From positions 248,001 through 312,000 of the forward strand of contig NIVC01001095.1 in NCBI GenBank assembly GCA_002269645.1: DNA of 64,000 bases, written 5' to 3'. The number at the start of each line of letters is the position of its first letter. Positions within the stretch are counted from its first letter, which is position 1. A program made the translations under genes and the position numbers. Under the pieces are notes generated by a model. It saw only the letters and a list, made by a program, of their open reading frames with translations. It made no database searches and was not told the origin of the DNA. This DNA is from Macrostomum lignano (lineage: Eukaryota). Positions 36,301-53,784 of this stretch are shown one piece after another.

Positions 36301-39300
36301 CTGCGCAAACGCATTCAGAGCAATTAGTTTTAACTCGGCCATTGGTTCGCACACGCCTTCAAGTGCTCGACGTAGCCAGGCGTCTAACGATTTAGCGAAA
36401 TTTCTTATCGCTTGAGTCAGAGTACTGGGAATAGGCCGCAATACGTTGGGTATGAGCACCTCTACTAAGCTCTGATAGAAGGCGTAGTCTGATTCACGGA
36501 CGAAATTTTGTACGCAATCCAACTCGCACAGTGCTAGCAGCTTCTGATGCGGCAGTTTAGATTCGTACGCACTGGAAAAAAATTAAATACAAGAAATTTG
36601 GTCTGTTCGGTACAGACTACTGACAAATTAATCAAGATGAGTAGTATAATGAGTAACAGATACTGGCAAATAGATTAGATTACTTTCCGGGTTTGCATGA
36701 CTCACTTGTAATCAACTTTCCGCCAGAACTGCAGCCAGACTTTCTCAACCATTTGGAATTGCAAATTAACTACGGTATCTAATATGCCTTCGCAATGTTC
36801 AACGTAGAGCTCTTGAAATGCGGACACATCCCGGTGACTGATGCCGTCTGGCAGGCGGGTGTGACTAACCAATATCTGATTAAATACGGGCAGAGCCGAA
36901 CTGGCGTCGCCAAGGAATTGCGCGTGCTGAGACGGGTCGTCTATTAAGGAGGCCGATTGGCTGCCGCCGCCGCCTGAGTGCCCGTAATCTGTGCCCGGCT
37001 CCATTTTGGAGGGGCCTTTGAATCTGTAAGGATAATACGATATCTTCTCCATTGGTTCCAGGAATCTACGACGACTTTTTCAGTATTGATTCCTAATCCT
37101 TACTATGCTCAGATGCCCTTTTCATACTCAGATGACCTCTATCCTCATAACTCCCTGTTATCCTTAGATGACCCCTGCTATCCTCAGATGACCCCCTGCC
37201 CTGCTATCCTTAGATGACCTTTTCATCCTCCAGTGACCTCTTTGGGAGCACAAGAATTTCCCGCAGGAAGTTTTCCCGCCGAGCTTTTCTCGCGTTCGAG
37301 GTTTTCTTGCAGGGTTTTTCCTGTCGGAATTTCAAGTCAAATCCAATCGGATTTGAAATCTAGTCTAGTTCTAGTTCTAATCTAGTATAGTTTTTAATCT
37401 AGTCTAGTTTATGTCTAGTCTAGCCTAGCCTAGTCTAGTCTAGCCTAGTTCTAATCTAGTCCAGCATTGTCTTCAGACTGGATTTGACTTGAAATTTCGA
37501 CTGTAAAACTCTGCAGGAAAACCTCGCCGCGGAAAAAGCTCGCGCGGGCAACCTTCGGCGGGAAAACTTCCGAAAATTTTTCATAGACCCACCTCTTTAT
37601 CCCCAAATGACCCCTCACCACAGCTATCCCCAGGTGACCTCTTTATCCCCAGATGACCCCAGCTATCCCCAGGTGACCTCTTTATCCCCAGATGACCCCA
37701 GCTATCCCCAGATGACCCCAGCTATCCCCAGGTGACCTCTTTATCCCCAGATGACCCCAGCTATCCCCAGGTGACCTCTTTATCCCCAGATGACCCCAGC
37801 TATCCCCAGGTGACCTCTTTATCCCCAGATGACCCCAGCTATACTCAGGTGACCTCTTAATCCTCGGATGACCTCCTACTATCCTTAAATGACTTCTGCT
37901 TTCCTCAGGTGGTCTATAGAATCCTCAATTGCCCCTTTGAATCCTTATTAATCGACTTCTGCTATCTTCCACAGGCGATGGTAGAATCATCTTGTTAAAT
38001 CATTGCCAAGGCGAAAAACCATCGCGAAACAGAAAAAAACTCACCTAGCCATAGCATCCGGCCTATACCGACGAAACATGCTGTTATCCTCAGTGATTTG
38101 ATTCAACGTCGATTCCGGCTTAATCCTAATGCCATAGTAGTGATACTTGGAGTTGCCGCTGGAACAAAAAATTGGTAATAAAAACAATATAGTTACTATC
38201 TTAAAACCGATTGCCACTGGCTGTTGGTAACTGGCCGGTTGCTTACCGAGTACCCAGTCGCCTAGTGCGCAATCCGACAAACACGGATCGGATTAACTTG
38301 CCAAAGCTGGCCGGATTCATGGGATCGATTTTCTGCTCCTGACAATGGCGCAGGTAATGATTGTAGAGAGTAGATCTCGGCAAGGAGACGCCTTCGGCTG
38401 TTTCGTAGTTATCACGCAGCCATTCGACCTTGGTAAAGAGAGCAGATTACAACTTTTTTTATGACAAAGGGAAGCAAAATCTACTCGTGGAATATTTCTG
38501 ACTTTACTTATAGATATCTACTTAGATATCCAAGTAGACTCTACAGATATCCAAGTAGACCCTACAGCTATCCAAGTAGATTCTACAGCTATCCAAGTAG
38601 ATTCTACAGCTATCCAAGTAGATTCTACAGATATCCAAGTAGATTCTACAGCTATCCAAGTAGATTCTACAGCTATCCAAGTAGATTCTACAGCTATCCA
38701 AGTAGATTCTACAGCTATCCAAGTAGATTCTACAGATATCCAAGTAGATTCTACAGCTATCCAAGTAGATTCTACAGATATGCAAGTAGATTCTACAGCT
38801 ATCCAAGTAGATTCTACAGCTATCCAAGTAGATTCTACAGCTATCCAAGTAGATTCTACAGATATCCAAGTAGATTCTACAGACATCCAAGTAGATTCTA
38901 CAGCTATCCAAGTAGATTCTACAGCTATCCAAGTAGATTCTACAGATATGCAAGTAGATTCTACAGCTATCTAAGTAGATTCTACAGATATCCAAGTAGA
39001 TTCTACAGCTATCCAAGTAGATTCTACAGCTATCCAAGTAGATTCTACAGATATCCAAGTAGATTCTACAGCTATCCAAGTAGATTCTACAGCTATCCAA
39101 GTAGATTCTACAGCTATCTAAGTAGATTCTACAGATATCCAAGTAGATTCTACAGCTATCCAAGTAGATTCTACAGATATACAAGTAGATTCTACAGCTA
39201 TCCAAGTAGATTCTACAGATATCCAAGTAGATTCTACAGCTATCCAAGTAGATTCTACAGATATACAAGTAGATTCTACAGCTATCCAAGTAGATTCTAC

Positions 39301-42300
39301 AGATATCCAAGTAGATTCTACAGACATCCAAGTAGATTCTACAGCTATCCAAGTAGATTCTACAGCTATCCAAGTAGATTCTACAGATATCCATGTAGAT
39401 TCTACAGATATCCAAGTAGATTCTACAGATATCCAAGTAGATTCTACAGATATCCAAGTAGATTCTACAGCTATCCAAGTAGATTCTACAGCTATCCAAG
39501 TAGATTCTACAGCTATCTAAGTAGATTCTACAGATATCCAAGTAGATTCTACAGCTATCCAAGTAGATTCTACAGCTATCCAAGTAGATTCTACAGATAT
39601 ACAAGTAGATTCTACAGACATCCAAGTAGATTCTACAGCTATCCAAGTAGATTCTACAGCTATTCAAGTAGATTCTACAGATATCCATGTAGATTCTACA
39701 GATATGCAAGTAGATTCTACAGATATCCAAGTAGATTCTACAGATATCCAAGTAGATTCTACAGATTCCAAGTAGATTCTACAGATATCCAAGTTGACTC
39801 TACAGATATCCAAGTAGATTCTACAGCTATCCAAGTAGATTCTACAGATATCCAAGTTGACTACTACAGATATCCAAGTAGATCTACAGTTATTTTAATC
39901 CAAGAGGTTTAGCAGTTTATCTATCTGAGTAGATTGGCAGTTATCCAATCCTAAAGTAACACGAAGAATACTAATTAGTCACAAAAATCTTACAGTGGCC
40001 GGACTAGCCCTGGTTGTATGCGCGATACCACCGGCGCCATCGTCCATGCCTTGCACCACTATAGCGCCGTGGGGTGTAACAAATTGAGCCGGCAGCTGCA
40101 GATGATGCGATGAGGGAACCACTTGGCGAATCTGAATTTCATTATAATTAAAATACACGCCTCATATTTAGCGCCGCAGATGACACCCAAAGTCAGGGGT
40201 ATCTGTCTATATCACAAAAACCCAGATCTAACATATTTAACTGTGCTCACCTGACCAGCCCCAGTCTGAGTATAGTAAGCAGGCCCGCCACCAACAGGTG
40301 TCGTGTACATCGATGCGTAGTCTTGATATTGCCTGAAATATAGTTAATTCAGTATTATACGCAACGAGGACTACTGATAAACTCATTAATTTATTAACTG
40401 AAATGATTTAACGTATATAGGGAAGATACTTACCCAGATTTAATAGAGCTTTGTACAGGTTTTGTGATTGATTTTCCATTGCTGATCTCGATGTATTCTC
40501 TGAAATAATTATCCAATGAGATTTCACCTAAAGTATGTCTCATCTCCACTTCTTCTCTTATCTAATATCTCTCTCAGGTTCCTAATTTCCCTCTCATAGT
40601 ATTCCCCCCTCTCCGTCTTCCCCTCCCTCTCCGTCTTCCCCTCCCTCTCCGTCTTCCCCTCCCTCTCCGTCTTTCCCTCCCTCTCCGTCTTCCTCTCCCT
40701 CTCTGTCTCCCACTCACTCTCCGTCTTGCCCTCCCTCTGTCTCCCCCTCCCTCTCTGTCTCCCCCTCCCTCTCCGTCTTCCCCTCTCTCTGTCTCCCCCT
40801 CCCTCTTCCCCTCTCTCTGTCTCCCACTCACTCTCCGTCTTCCCCTCTCTCTGTCTCCCACTCCCTCTCCGTCTTCCGCTCTCTCTGTCTCCCCCTCCCT
40901 CTTCCCCTCTCTCTGTCTCCCACTCCCTCTCCGTCTTCCGCTCTCTCTGTCTCCACCTCCCTCTCCGTCTTCCCCTCTCTCTGTCTCCCACTCCCTCTCT
41001 CCGTCTCCCCTTCACTCTCCGTCTTCCCCTTACTCTCCATCTTCCCCTCACTTTCCTTCTTCCCCTCCCTCTCCGTCTCCCTTTTTCCTCTTTCCCTCGC
41101 CTCTTAAAATAATAAACTAGACGATAAGACACAAAGGATTATATTGACAACAAAAGACTTACATCTGAGTGTTAGCGCCCGGGCCAAACACTTGCTGCTC
41201 ATTAGCTTCAATATACTGCACCGGATAGATAGTTTGCACAGTAGCCGAAGCCTGACTACTGCTAGCATGCTGATTTCCAGACGGCAGTGCGATTGTGTCT
41301 GTGCTTGATTGAGCAGATGACTGATGCTCTGTGGTGACTGTGGGTGAGCATATCAGACAGCAGATTAGTTTTTCAACTATTCATGTTAGTAGACAAAGAT
41401 AAATGATTAACTCACTGATTTTATTAACTCCACTTGTTGTTATAATGAACTGACCATTCTGATTGGAGATAATGTGCTGACCTGGTGTATTTGCCATCAC
41501 CCTGGAGCCAACCTGCACAGTAGTTAGAAATGTTTCTTCTAAATTAATTATATATTCTATATGAATTTTTATCTTCAATATAAAGCTTTACTAATTTAAA
41601 CTAATTAAAAAACTTGCTTCAATCTAATAACTCATATTTCAGATTCTAATCTATCATTTTGAATTATAGATTATCTTCCTTATAACATATGACTTTGTTT
41701 TATGAGTAAAAATATGGGTCATGCGTGGAATTGCATCCTGATGTTCTAGCAGCCCTGGCTCAATTCCAAGTGCAGTCACATTTAATTTGGGGCTAGATTA
41801 AAATCTTAGCTTGGCTCTGTTTGTGCAATTAATGGCCTTGCCTTGAGGGCCAACTCCATAAAAACACAGTGCAGTGTACATGCTTAATGACAATCAAGTT
41901 AGAGCTACTGTACACTCCTTTGTAAGTGTGCTTGTGCATATGACTGCATACATATATATATATGCTTGTGTGCCTCCTTAGAAAAGTTGGTGAAATGGGC
42001 AGTAATGCCTTGTACTAGTTGTGCAACAATGACATTTAAGTGTGCCAGGGTATATACAGCCACCTGCCTTTATTAAAAAATAAGTAAAAGTACTAGTTAA
42101 CTTTGCTCTAAGCTTACCTCATATAAATGACATATCACTTAAGCCATAGTTCTAGCCATGACTCAAAAACAATGGACAAATAAACAAAAAACTAGCCTTA
42201 ACTTAATTCTAGTCCAATAGATCAAATATTACTGACCTGGATAATAGTGGCTGCTGTAGGATTAGTCTGCAAAGCTGCAAGACTAGAAGCAGTCTGTTGT

Positions 42301-42356
42301 TGACTACCACCTGGGTTGGCCAGACTATTAGACGATGGTACAATTGTGCTTTGCAT
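33374..42356 (-). CDS. RFX: RFX1/2/3 (DAF-19-like) winged-helix transcription factor, about 884 aa
   Basis: Twelve phase-consistent GT-AG exons: 42237-42356, 41416-41512, 41163-41337, 40434-40499, 40251-40332, 39994-40131, 38247-38428, 38045-38158, 36706-37023, 36262-36571, 35937-36185, 33374-34177. DNA-binding domain [49 protein letters not shown]; dimerisation region [16 protein letters not shown] and [26 protein letters not shown]. Confidence 0.97.
34253..34511. mobile_element. MITE with TATACTCAACAACATT / AATGTTGCTGAGTATA termini
   Basis: Near-perfect 16-bp TIR; same family as 30143. Confidence 0.65.
34695..34940 (-). mobile_element. CORE-type SINE with an intact tRNA-like head
   Basis: Minus strand shows A box TAGCCTAGTGGTT and B box GGTTCGATTCC, followed by CCTTGAGCAAGACTGCTTAACTCTGCATTGCTTCAGTTCACCCAGCTGTAAAATGGG (CORE-like). 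Confidence 0.82.
34915..35765. repeat. 28-bp minisatellite (AACCCCTAGGCTACAACCCCCGCCCACT) derived from the SINE 5' end
   Basis: About 30 units contiguous with the SINE head; strong C/G strand skew. Confidence 0.93.
37255..37575. mobile_element. Foldback MITE with a central (TCTAG)n tract
   Basis: About 90-bp imperfect inverted arms (GGAAGTTTTCCCGCCGA..TTTCAAGTCAAATCC / GGATTTGACTTGAAA..TCGGCGGGAAAACTTCC). Confidence 0.65.
37590..37860. repeat. Composite minisatellite (TATCCCCAGGTGACCTCTT / TATCCCCAGATGACCCCAGC)
   Basis: Tandem array in an RFX intron. Confidence 0.88.
38520..39870. repeat. 21-bp minisatellite (ATCCAAGTAGATTCTACAGCT), about 64 copies, in an RFX intron
   Basis: 7-aa periodic pseudo-ORFs on both strands. 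Confidence 0.98.
40600..41090. repeat. CT-rich (polypurine/polypyrimidine) degenerate repeat
   Basis: Almost exclusively C/T on the plus strand. Confidence 0.92.
41745..42080 (+). mobile_element. Diverged copy of SINE family 2
   Basis: TTCCAAGTGCAGTCACATT..TTGGCTCTG..GTGCAATTAATGGCCTTG..AAAGTGTGCCAGGGTA-like segments are shared with the 25300 copy. Confidence 0.65.
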
Positions 42357-45300
42357 GCAGAATCAGGCAGAATTGACCAAATTGAATTATTGACACTAAA
42401 TAGCCATGAAAGCCAGTTAATGGCTATTGATTGAGTAGATAATAGCTGAGCCTAGAAATGGTTAAGAAAATGATTTTATTTAGTATTTATTTGATAATAT
42501 ATTCTAATGATTAAAATACAGACTATACTTAGGTGATTTTAAACAAATAATAAATGGTTTTTATAAAAAAATACACTAAAAATATATGAATATTGCAATA
42601 GAAAGTGCATATGTTGAATTGTAACTTTAAAATTATATGGTTATCACAATATCCAATATGTAGAGTGTTCTACCTCCCGTTAAAAAAAGGTTAAAAGAAG
42701 ATAATTGTATAATGCTACTACAAGTAAGTAAGTACACACATGTGCGCCTAAGCTTTGAATGAATCACGCTACCAGGAAAAGATGTTACCAAAATGATACG
42801 CCATGAGCCATTTTCCCCTTTTAGTGCAACACGTGGATTGTAATGATGCTATTTTGGATCAAAAAGTTGCCTATAAATACAAGCTGTCCGAAGCGGACCA
42901 GGAGCCAACTCCCGACGAGAGGAGAAGCTCCGAAGAGGAAGCCTTAGGAGGACTTCCTGATCACCAAGTCAATCGAGACTTGGTCGAGTTGTTGCGGTAA
43001 GCCTTCTTGATTTGCGCCTGTTGTGTTAGAAACGTCTCGTTCAAGTCTATTGAAACTTGAGTCTATTTGAGTCTGTTGAGACTCTTGAGTCTGTTTAGAC
43101 TCCATTGGTTGCAGTCTCCAGAAGGACTGCCCCTGATAGATCTTAGAGGACTATCAGTGGTTTCCGGAGCCATACCTAGAGTGCAGAGAGGCACTACTAG
43201 AAGAAGAAGGCTTAACTCAGACCGCAGTTTGGCGCAGGGATCCCATTGTTAATTCGGAAGCTTCCCATTGGTTTGAGCGACAGAATCCGGCCGGAACTAT
43301 TTGAAGAAGAAAGAAGAATCGGACCTGATCTACAAACGAAAGTCAGAAGTGACTACGAGATCAACTGAAACTAATCGAGAGCTACTCCGAGAGATCTCCA
43401 AAGGACTCAAGGTAATTGAATACCTTCTGTTGACTTACTGGGTTGCCTAGCTACTGAGCTAGAAGTGATTGTTCCTTGATTATCGAAAGCTGGGTAATAA
43501 GGAACACATCAAATATACTAGTATTTCTCTTTAGTTTTAACAATTTTATTTAGTGTAATTTGCATTAGTACACTAAATCTGCATCATCTGCATCATCTTG
43601 CTTACACAACTGTATATTTTGTGTAAGCAAGTAATAACTTCACTTTGTATATTAAAATACATTTAAGAACATTATATATAGATGAGTAAAAATTAGAAAA
43701 ATATATTATCTTTGTAGTACTTACTAATAAATTTCTAATAGGGGGCCTATTAATAAAAATAAAATTAACTTCCTTAAAGCTTTTGGAATATTTATTTGTC
43801 AGAATTTTTTGCTATATACTATACCTTTTACAGTATGGAGTAAGAAGCTCTATATATTAAAAATTAAAGATACAAGATATATTTACTTAGTCTTAGATTA
43901 TAAATATTCTTAGACTCAAGTCTTCCTAAAATGTGTGATTTTTTCACTAAATCCTCCATAGCACTACTCCAGTTTTACAAATTGTCTTCAAATTTGACAC
44001 AATCAATCTTCAACTATTTTGACACAACTGTGTAAAATTTGGAGTCTTAAAGTTAATCCTGAATGGTGCTGTGCACTTTTAAAGTTAGGCTATTTTTGCC
44101 AACAAAATAGCTATGCCAACCTCCACTTGCCTCTTTATTGATCTAAGCATAGAGATGGTTAATGGTTTAAAAATAGACTATATGCTCCATAGGCCTACAG
44201 TTAGTTGGAGGCTGAAACCAAAAGTGGGAGAGCTATATAATATATTCATATTTTAAGTAAACTATTAGTTTTTTTAAATTAAAAGCTTAATATAATTAAA
44301 TTTAATATAACTTATGTTATAGAAGTATAAACATAGGCCTATATGTATATACATATATATCTATATGTATAATAAATTCATAGGCTATCCATTTGTTTGA
44401 TGGCATATAGTAGACATTATCCATTGCCCTAGTTCAAAATAGCTCTAGTAATGCACACCATTAGGCCTACTTCTGAATCTCTTATGATAATCTTAATCTT
44501 TTAATAGAATCTAAGGACGAAGTCAAACATCTTAAAGATTCTTAGACTTAGGCCTAATCAATGATTCGATAATAAAATACAACTCCGCCTGTAAATATAA
44601 TTCAAACTGTCTAGTTAAACCTTAGAGTTAAAAACCATAACCTGGACTAGTAAAATACACAGTAAAGCAACTTTCGTCTGTTAAGTCTTTCTTGTAGATC
44701 GGTTATAAATAAAGCCAACCTACTTTACTCGATATCTTACATATGCAGCTATAGCATAATACACAAATGGACAATATAAGCACTGTCCGAGTACAATCCC
44801 ACATACATTTTATTGGATGCATTGATAAAAAACATAAAATTGGTAAAAAAAAATCAAAATTAAATTCAAATGTAGTTTACCTTGATCACTATAGTGTCGG
44901 TTGGGAAACAGTCGCTAGAGGAAACGGTGTCTATGACGTTTGCTATGGAATTTGGTTTCTTCGGCAACTGTTGCCGAGTTTCAAGCTTTTAGCGTGGTAG
45001 TATTCTTGCGTTAGATTTCTGACATTTTTTATGTGACGAAAAGTACTTAAAATTGAATCTAGGATAAATTTTACATTAGAAAATATTTTTAGAGCTTGTT
45101 TACGTAGTCTTTTCTCTAATAGTTGTGGTGTAGTTGTCATGTTAATTTACTAGATCTACTTTGTCTCCAGGTGTGTTGAGCTGGGGCAAGAAATAAATTA
45201 TTATCAATGAATGTATCTGCATTTTTCTACTTAAAGTAAAAATACAAGCATTTTTATGTAAATTATAAATTAATTGTGAAATGCCATGTTATCAACTGCA

Positions 45301-46229
45301 GATATCCATCGATGATAAAAAAAGTGCCAACTGTTTCGATGGTAAAGATTGTAACAAGCATAACTGCTTTAAACTGCTTTAACTGCGACTCTTAGATGCT
45401 TATTGTCTCATTATGTTATATTTCACTTAGTATTATCTATCGCCAGGAAAAATTCATTATAATCAGCATATAATTGCGCCGTTAGCCCGCCATGCACGCC
45501 TTAGTCTTCACTTTGCCGTTTGTGAATGACGGGCTATAGTGCACTTAAAATAAATTGTTAAAAATAACTATTTTTAAAATAGTTGCCAAAGACGATATAA
45601 GATACCAGGTAACTATTTTTCATCCTCATTCAAAACACTGGAGGCAATTTAAAGTTGAGGCTGTTGAGGTTGAGATAAAAATTTTACAATTTGAGCTAGC
45701 TACATATGTAATTGGAAGGGGTTATAATGCATATTAGGCTCATCATACACGAGTCAGATCGTTAGATAAGATCAGTCAGATCAGTAACAGCATGTACTCG
45801 TATACGTCTACTAAATGTATCACTATCGGGTCCAGGAAGATCTTAAGGGGTCGGCTGACCCCGCCTGGGGAAAAATCCTGGATCTGCCACCGCCAAATAT
45901 TGCATGTACACACGCAACTTTCTCATACATACATTTACATGCGTCAAGGACTTCTGGACTACTACTACTGCTACTACAGTGGTCCTTGGTAATGTGCACA
46001 CTAATTAAAGTTGATTGGGGGTCTGTAGTCCAGTATTCTTTCAGAGCATTTCTCTTGAACGTTAAAAAAAGGAAAGAGGAGAGAAAAGGAGACGCAGGAT
46101 CGAGAAGCAGGAGAGTAGGGGAAAGAGGAAAGAGAATGCCTTTAAAATAGTGCAGATGTTGTATATTCCTGCTTCCACCTGATTGTGCAGTATAGACAGA
46201 AAGGACTTCATTAAAGCTTAGAGCAGCCA

Positions 46230-47045
46230 ATCTCCCTATACTCTGCTATTAGGAAGCAGTTTTTTTGGGAAGAGGAGAGAAGAGAAATGACTGACAAAGG
46301 CACGTGCTCAGAGTTTTTTCCTGGGCAATATACGCTTATACCTTTAGGATCTTTCATCCCTCCAGGCTATCAGCAGCTGCCGAGAGTAATTCTCTTCCTT
46401 GTTCTCACCGTTCACTCCCCAGAGCAGCAGCCCATCAGCTTTGCGATTGGTCAAGATGGAGAAAACTGCGTTCACTGCTATGCAGCGCGTTTAACAGAGA
46501 TAGAAAAAATCTGGGATAGGAATTGACTCCCAGATGAGGTGGCTGGCTGTCTGGGAGACGGGAGCAAGCAATGTGAGTACGGTTCATTTCATAGGTCGCT
46601 CAAGCAACAGCGCATCCACCTCATCATCAGCCTCCAACTACTCTACCCTGCTCTGCTCCTATTCATTTCCTTGGCGAAAATTGAAGGCTCTCATCAAGAA
46701 AGAAGGCGCAGCTGACTGCCAAGTGATTCGCTCTCCGCTCCGCTCTCCATCGTCTCGAACAAATAAGACTCTCTCAGCTCTTTTCTGTCCTGGCTTATTT
46801 GCTCCAGCGCCCTCCCCAAGCTAAATTGTTCTTGTCTCTCGGTGCTAAAGCAGCAGAACTGGCCGCAGCTGCCGCACAGACAATGAAAGTGGGCATCATC
46901 ACCGGACGACGTTCTGCTCGGAATTGCACAAAACTTACACCGCATTGGCTGCTCAAGTGAGCCGATTCTCTATTTCCTTTCTCGCCCTTAGGCTTGCATA
47001 CAGCTAAGCTAGTAGATACTCCCGTCTCGTGCTGTCTTTTCATTC
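46230..47045 (-). pseudogene. Possible decayed gene: Cys-rich segment followed by an AlbA_2/Schlafen-like segment
   Basis: Protein-like reading with several stops and at least one frameshift: RCKFC..FHCLCGSCG..CF, then CIAVNAVFSILTNRKADGLLLWGVNGE. The family resemblance is by eye only. Confidence 0.3.
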
Positions 47046-47343
47046 AGCACTCTTGCCTTTTTCTTCTGTTCATATTGGTTCGAGATTCAGCCAAGAGCAG
47101 CCAACTCTCTATATTGTCGGTCCTCCTTAACGACTTGTGAATGCCATTTCTCACTCTTCTTCGTAGAAAATGAAATTCAGTATTGCCAACAGAGAGAGAA
47201 AAGCATAGTGAACTCGTACTCCTCAGCTGCTGTCATCATTACAAAGTACTGAATCGAACGAGAGCCCACTCTGCAAAACGAGCTATACGGTGGTTTCGTG
47301 GCATTCTGTCTCTGATATTTCATAGCATCACTGCTCCAAGGCA

Positions 47344-52857
<5,514 letters not shown>

Positions 52858-53784
52858 TCAGCGTGTATAACTCGCGTGCACTCTTTATAATCCTGGTTAA
52901 TTAGCAGAAATTTCAACTTGTAATCAAAAGCGAACGGCAATGTAAGAATTGACATATTTTGGGTCAGCTGGTGCATGCTGGGTTCATGCATAAGATTGCT
53001 ACCGTTAATAGGAGACGCAATCAAGATATAAGTTGGTCTCTGCTTCAGGGAACATCATCTTTATAACTACGAGCTCGATATCACTTATACTTACTCAGGT
53101 ATTCGAGTCGAGCCTTTTTATTACGATAAATCAACGATGCAGAATTAGGTATCTGTTGGTGAACTTCACGGAGATTGCTTTTTGTTGCATATCTTAAAAC
53201 AAAACCCTTAACTTTATCATCTGCGATAGAATGTCAATCACTTTTTTTGTACTTTCGCCGGAAGTTGAATCGAATTATATTTATTTTTGTAATCAAAACA
53301 TTATTTGCGTCGTGATTAAGTTTTAATGGCACATTTAACAGCTGTTACACCTATATAAATACATGCTATTATACTTCTGCAGTAGTTTCTGACTTATACT
53401 GATTTCTATATAAGCTTTATTTTACAAATAAGGCGCGCGTTATATTTCATTTTCACCTGCTTATGTAGAACAATATTTAAAGAATAATTAGCAAGCAAAC
53501 ACGTAACAGAAGATAATATTGTAATTGTCTATGGCTGGCCAAAACGTTCAAAGCATATGGCAACACCACAGATAACCTCTCTTGCTATATAGGCTCACAC
53601 ATGAATTTCGGCTGGCGTCTGTTATATAGTGGTCAGGTGACTTTTTAAGTGCATTTAAGCCCAGTGCATTTATATACAACGTCGAACGCTAAATTTGCTA
53701 CGATCACCTCGCAGTGAGCAGCGCTTCGATGTCAGCCACTTGCACAGATTAATTTCAGTTTTAAAAAATCGTCAAACAACTGAA

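Noticed and set aside
42803-43395. Exon-like plus-strand fragments (donors near 42998 and 43392)
   Set aside because: I could not link them into a phase-consistent gene or recognise a domain; they may be a relic.
44880-45140. Possible minus-strand exon upstream of RFX
   Set aside because: Needs a frameshift, has no recognisable motif, and RFX already has an ATG preceded by an in-frame stop.
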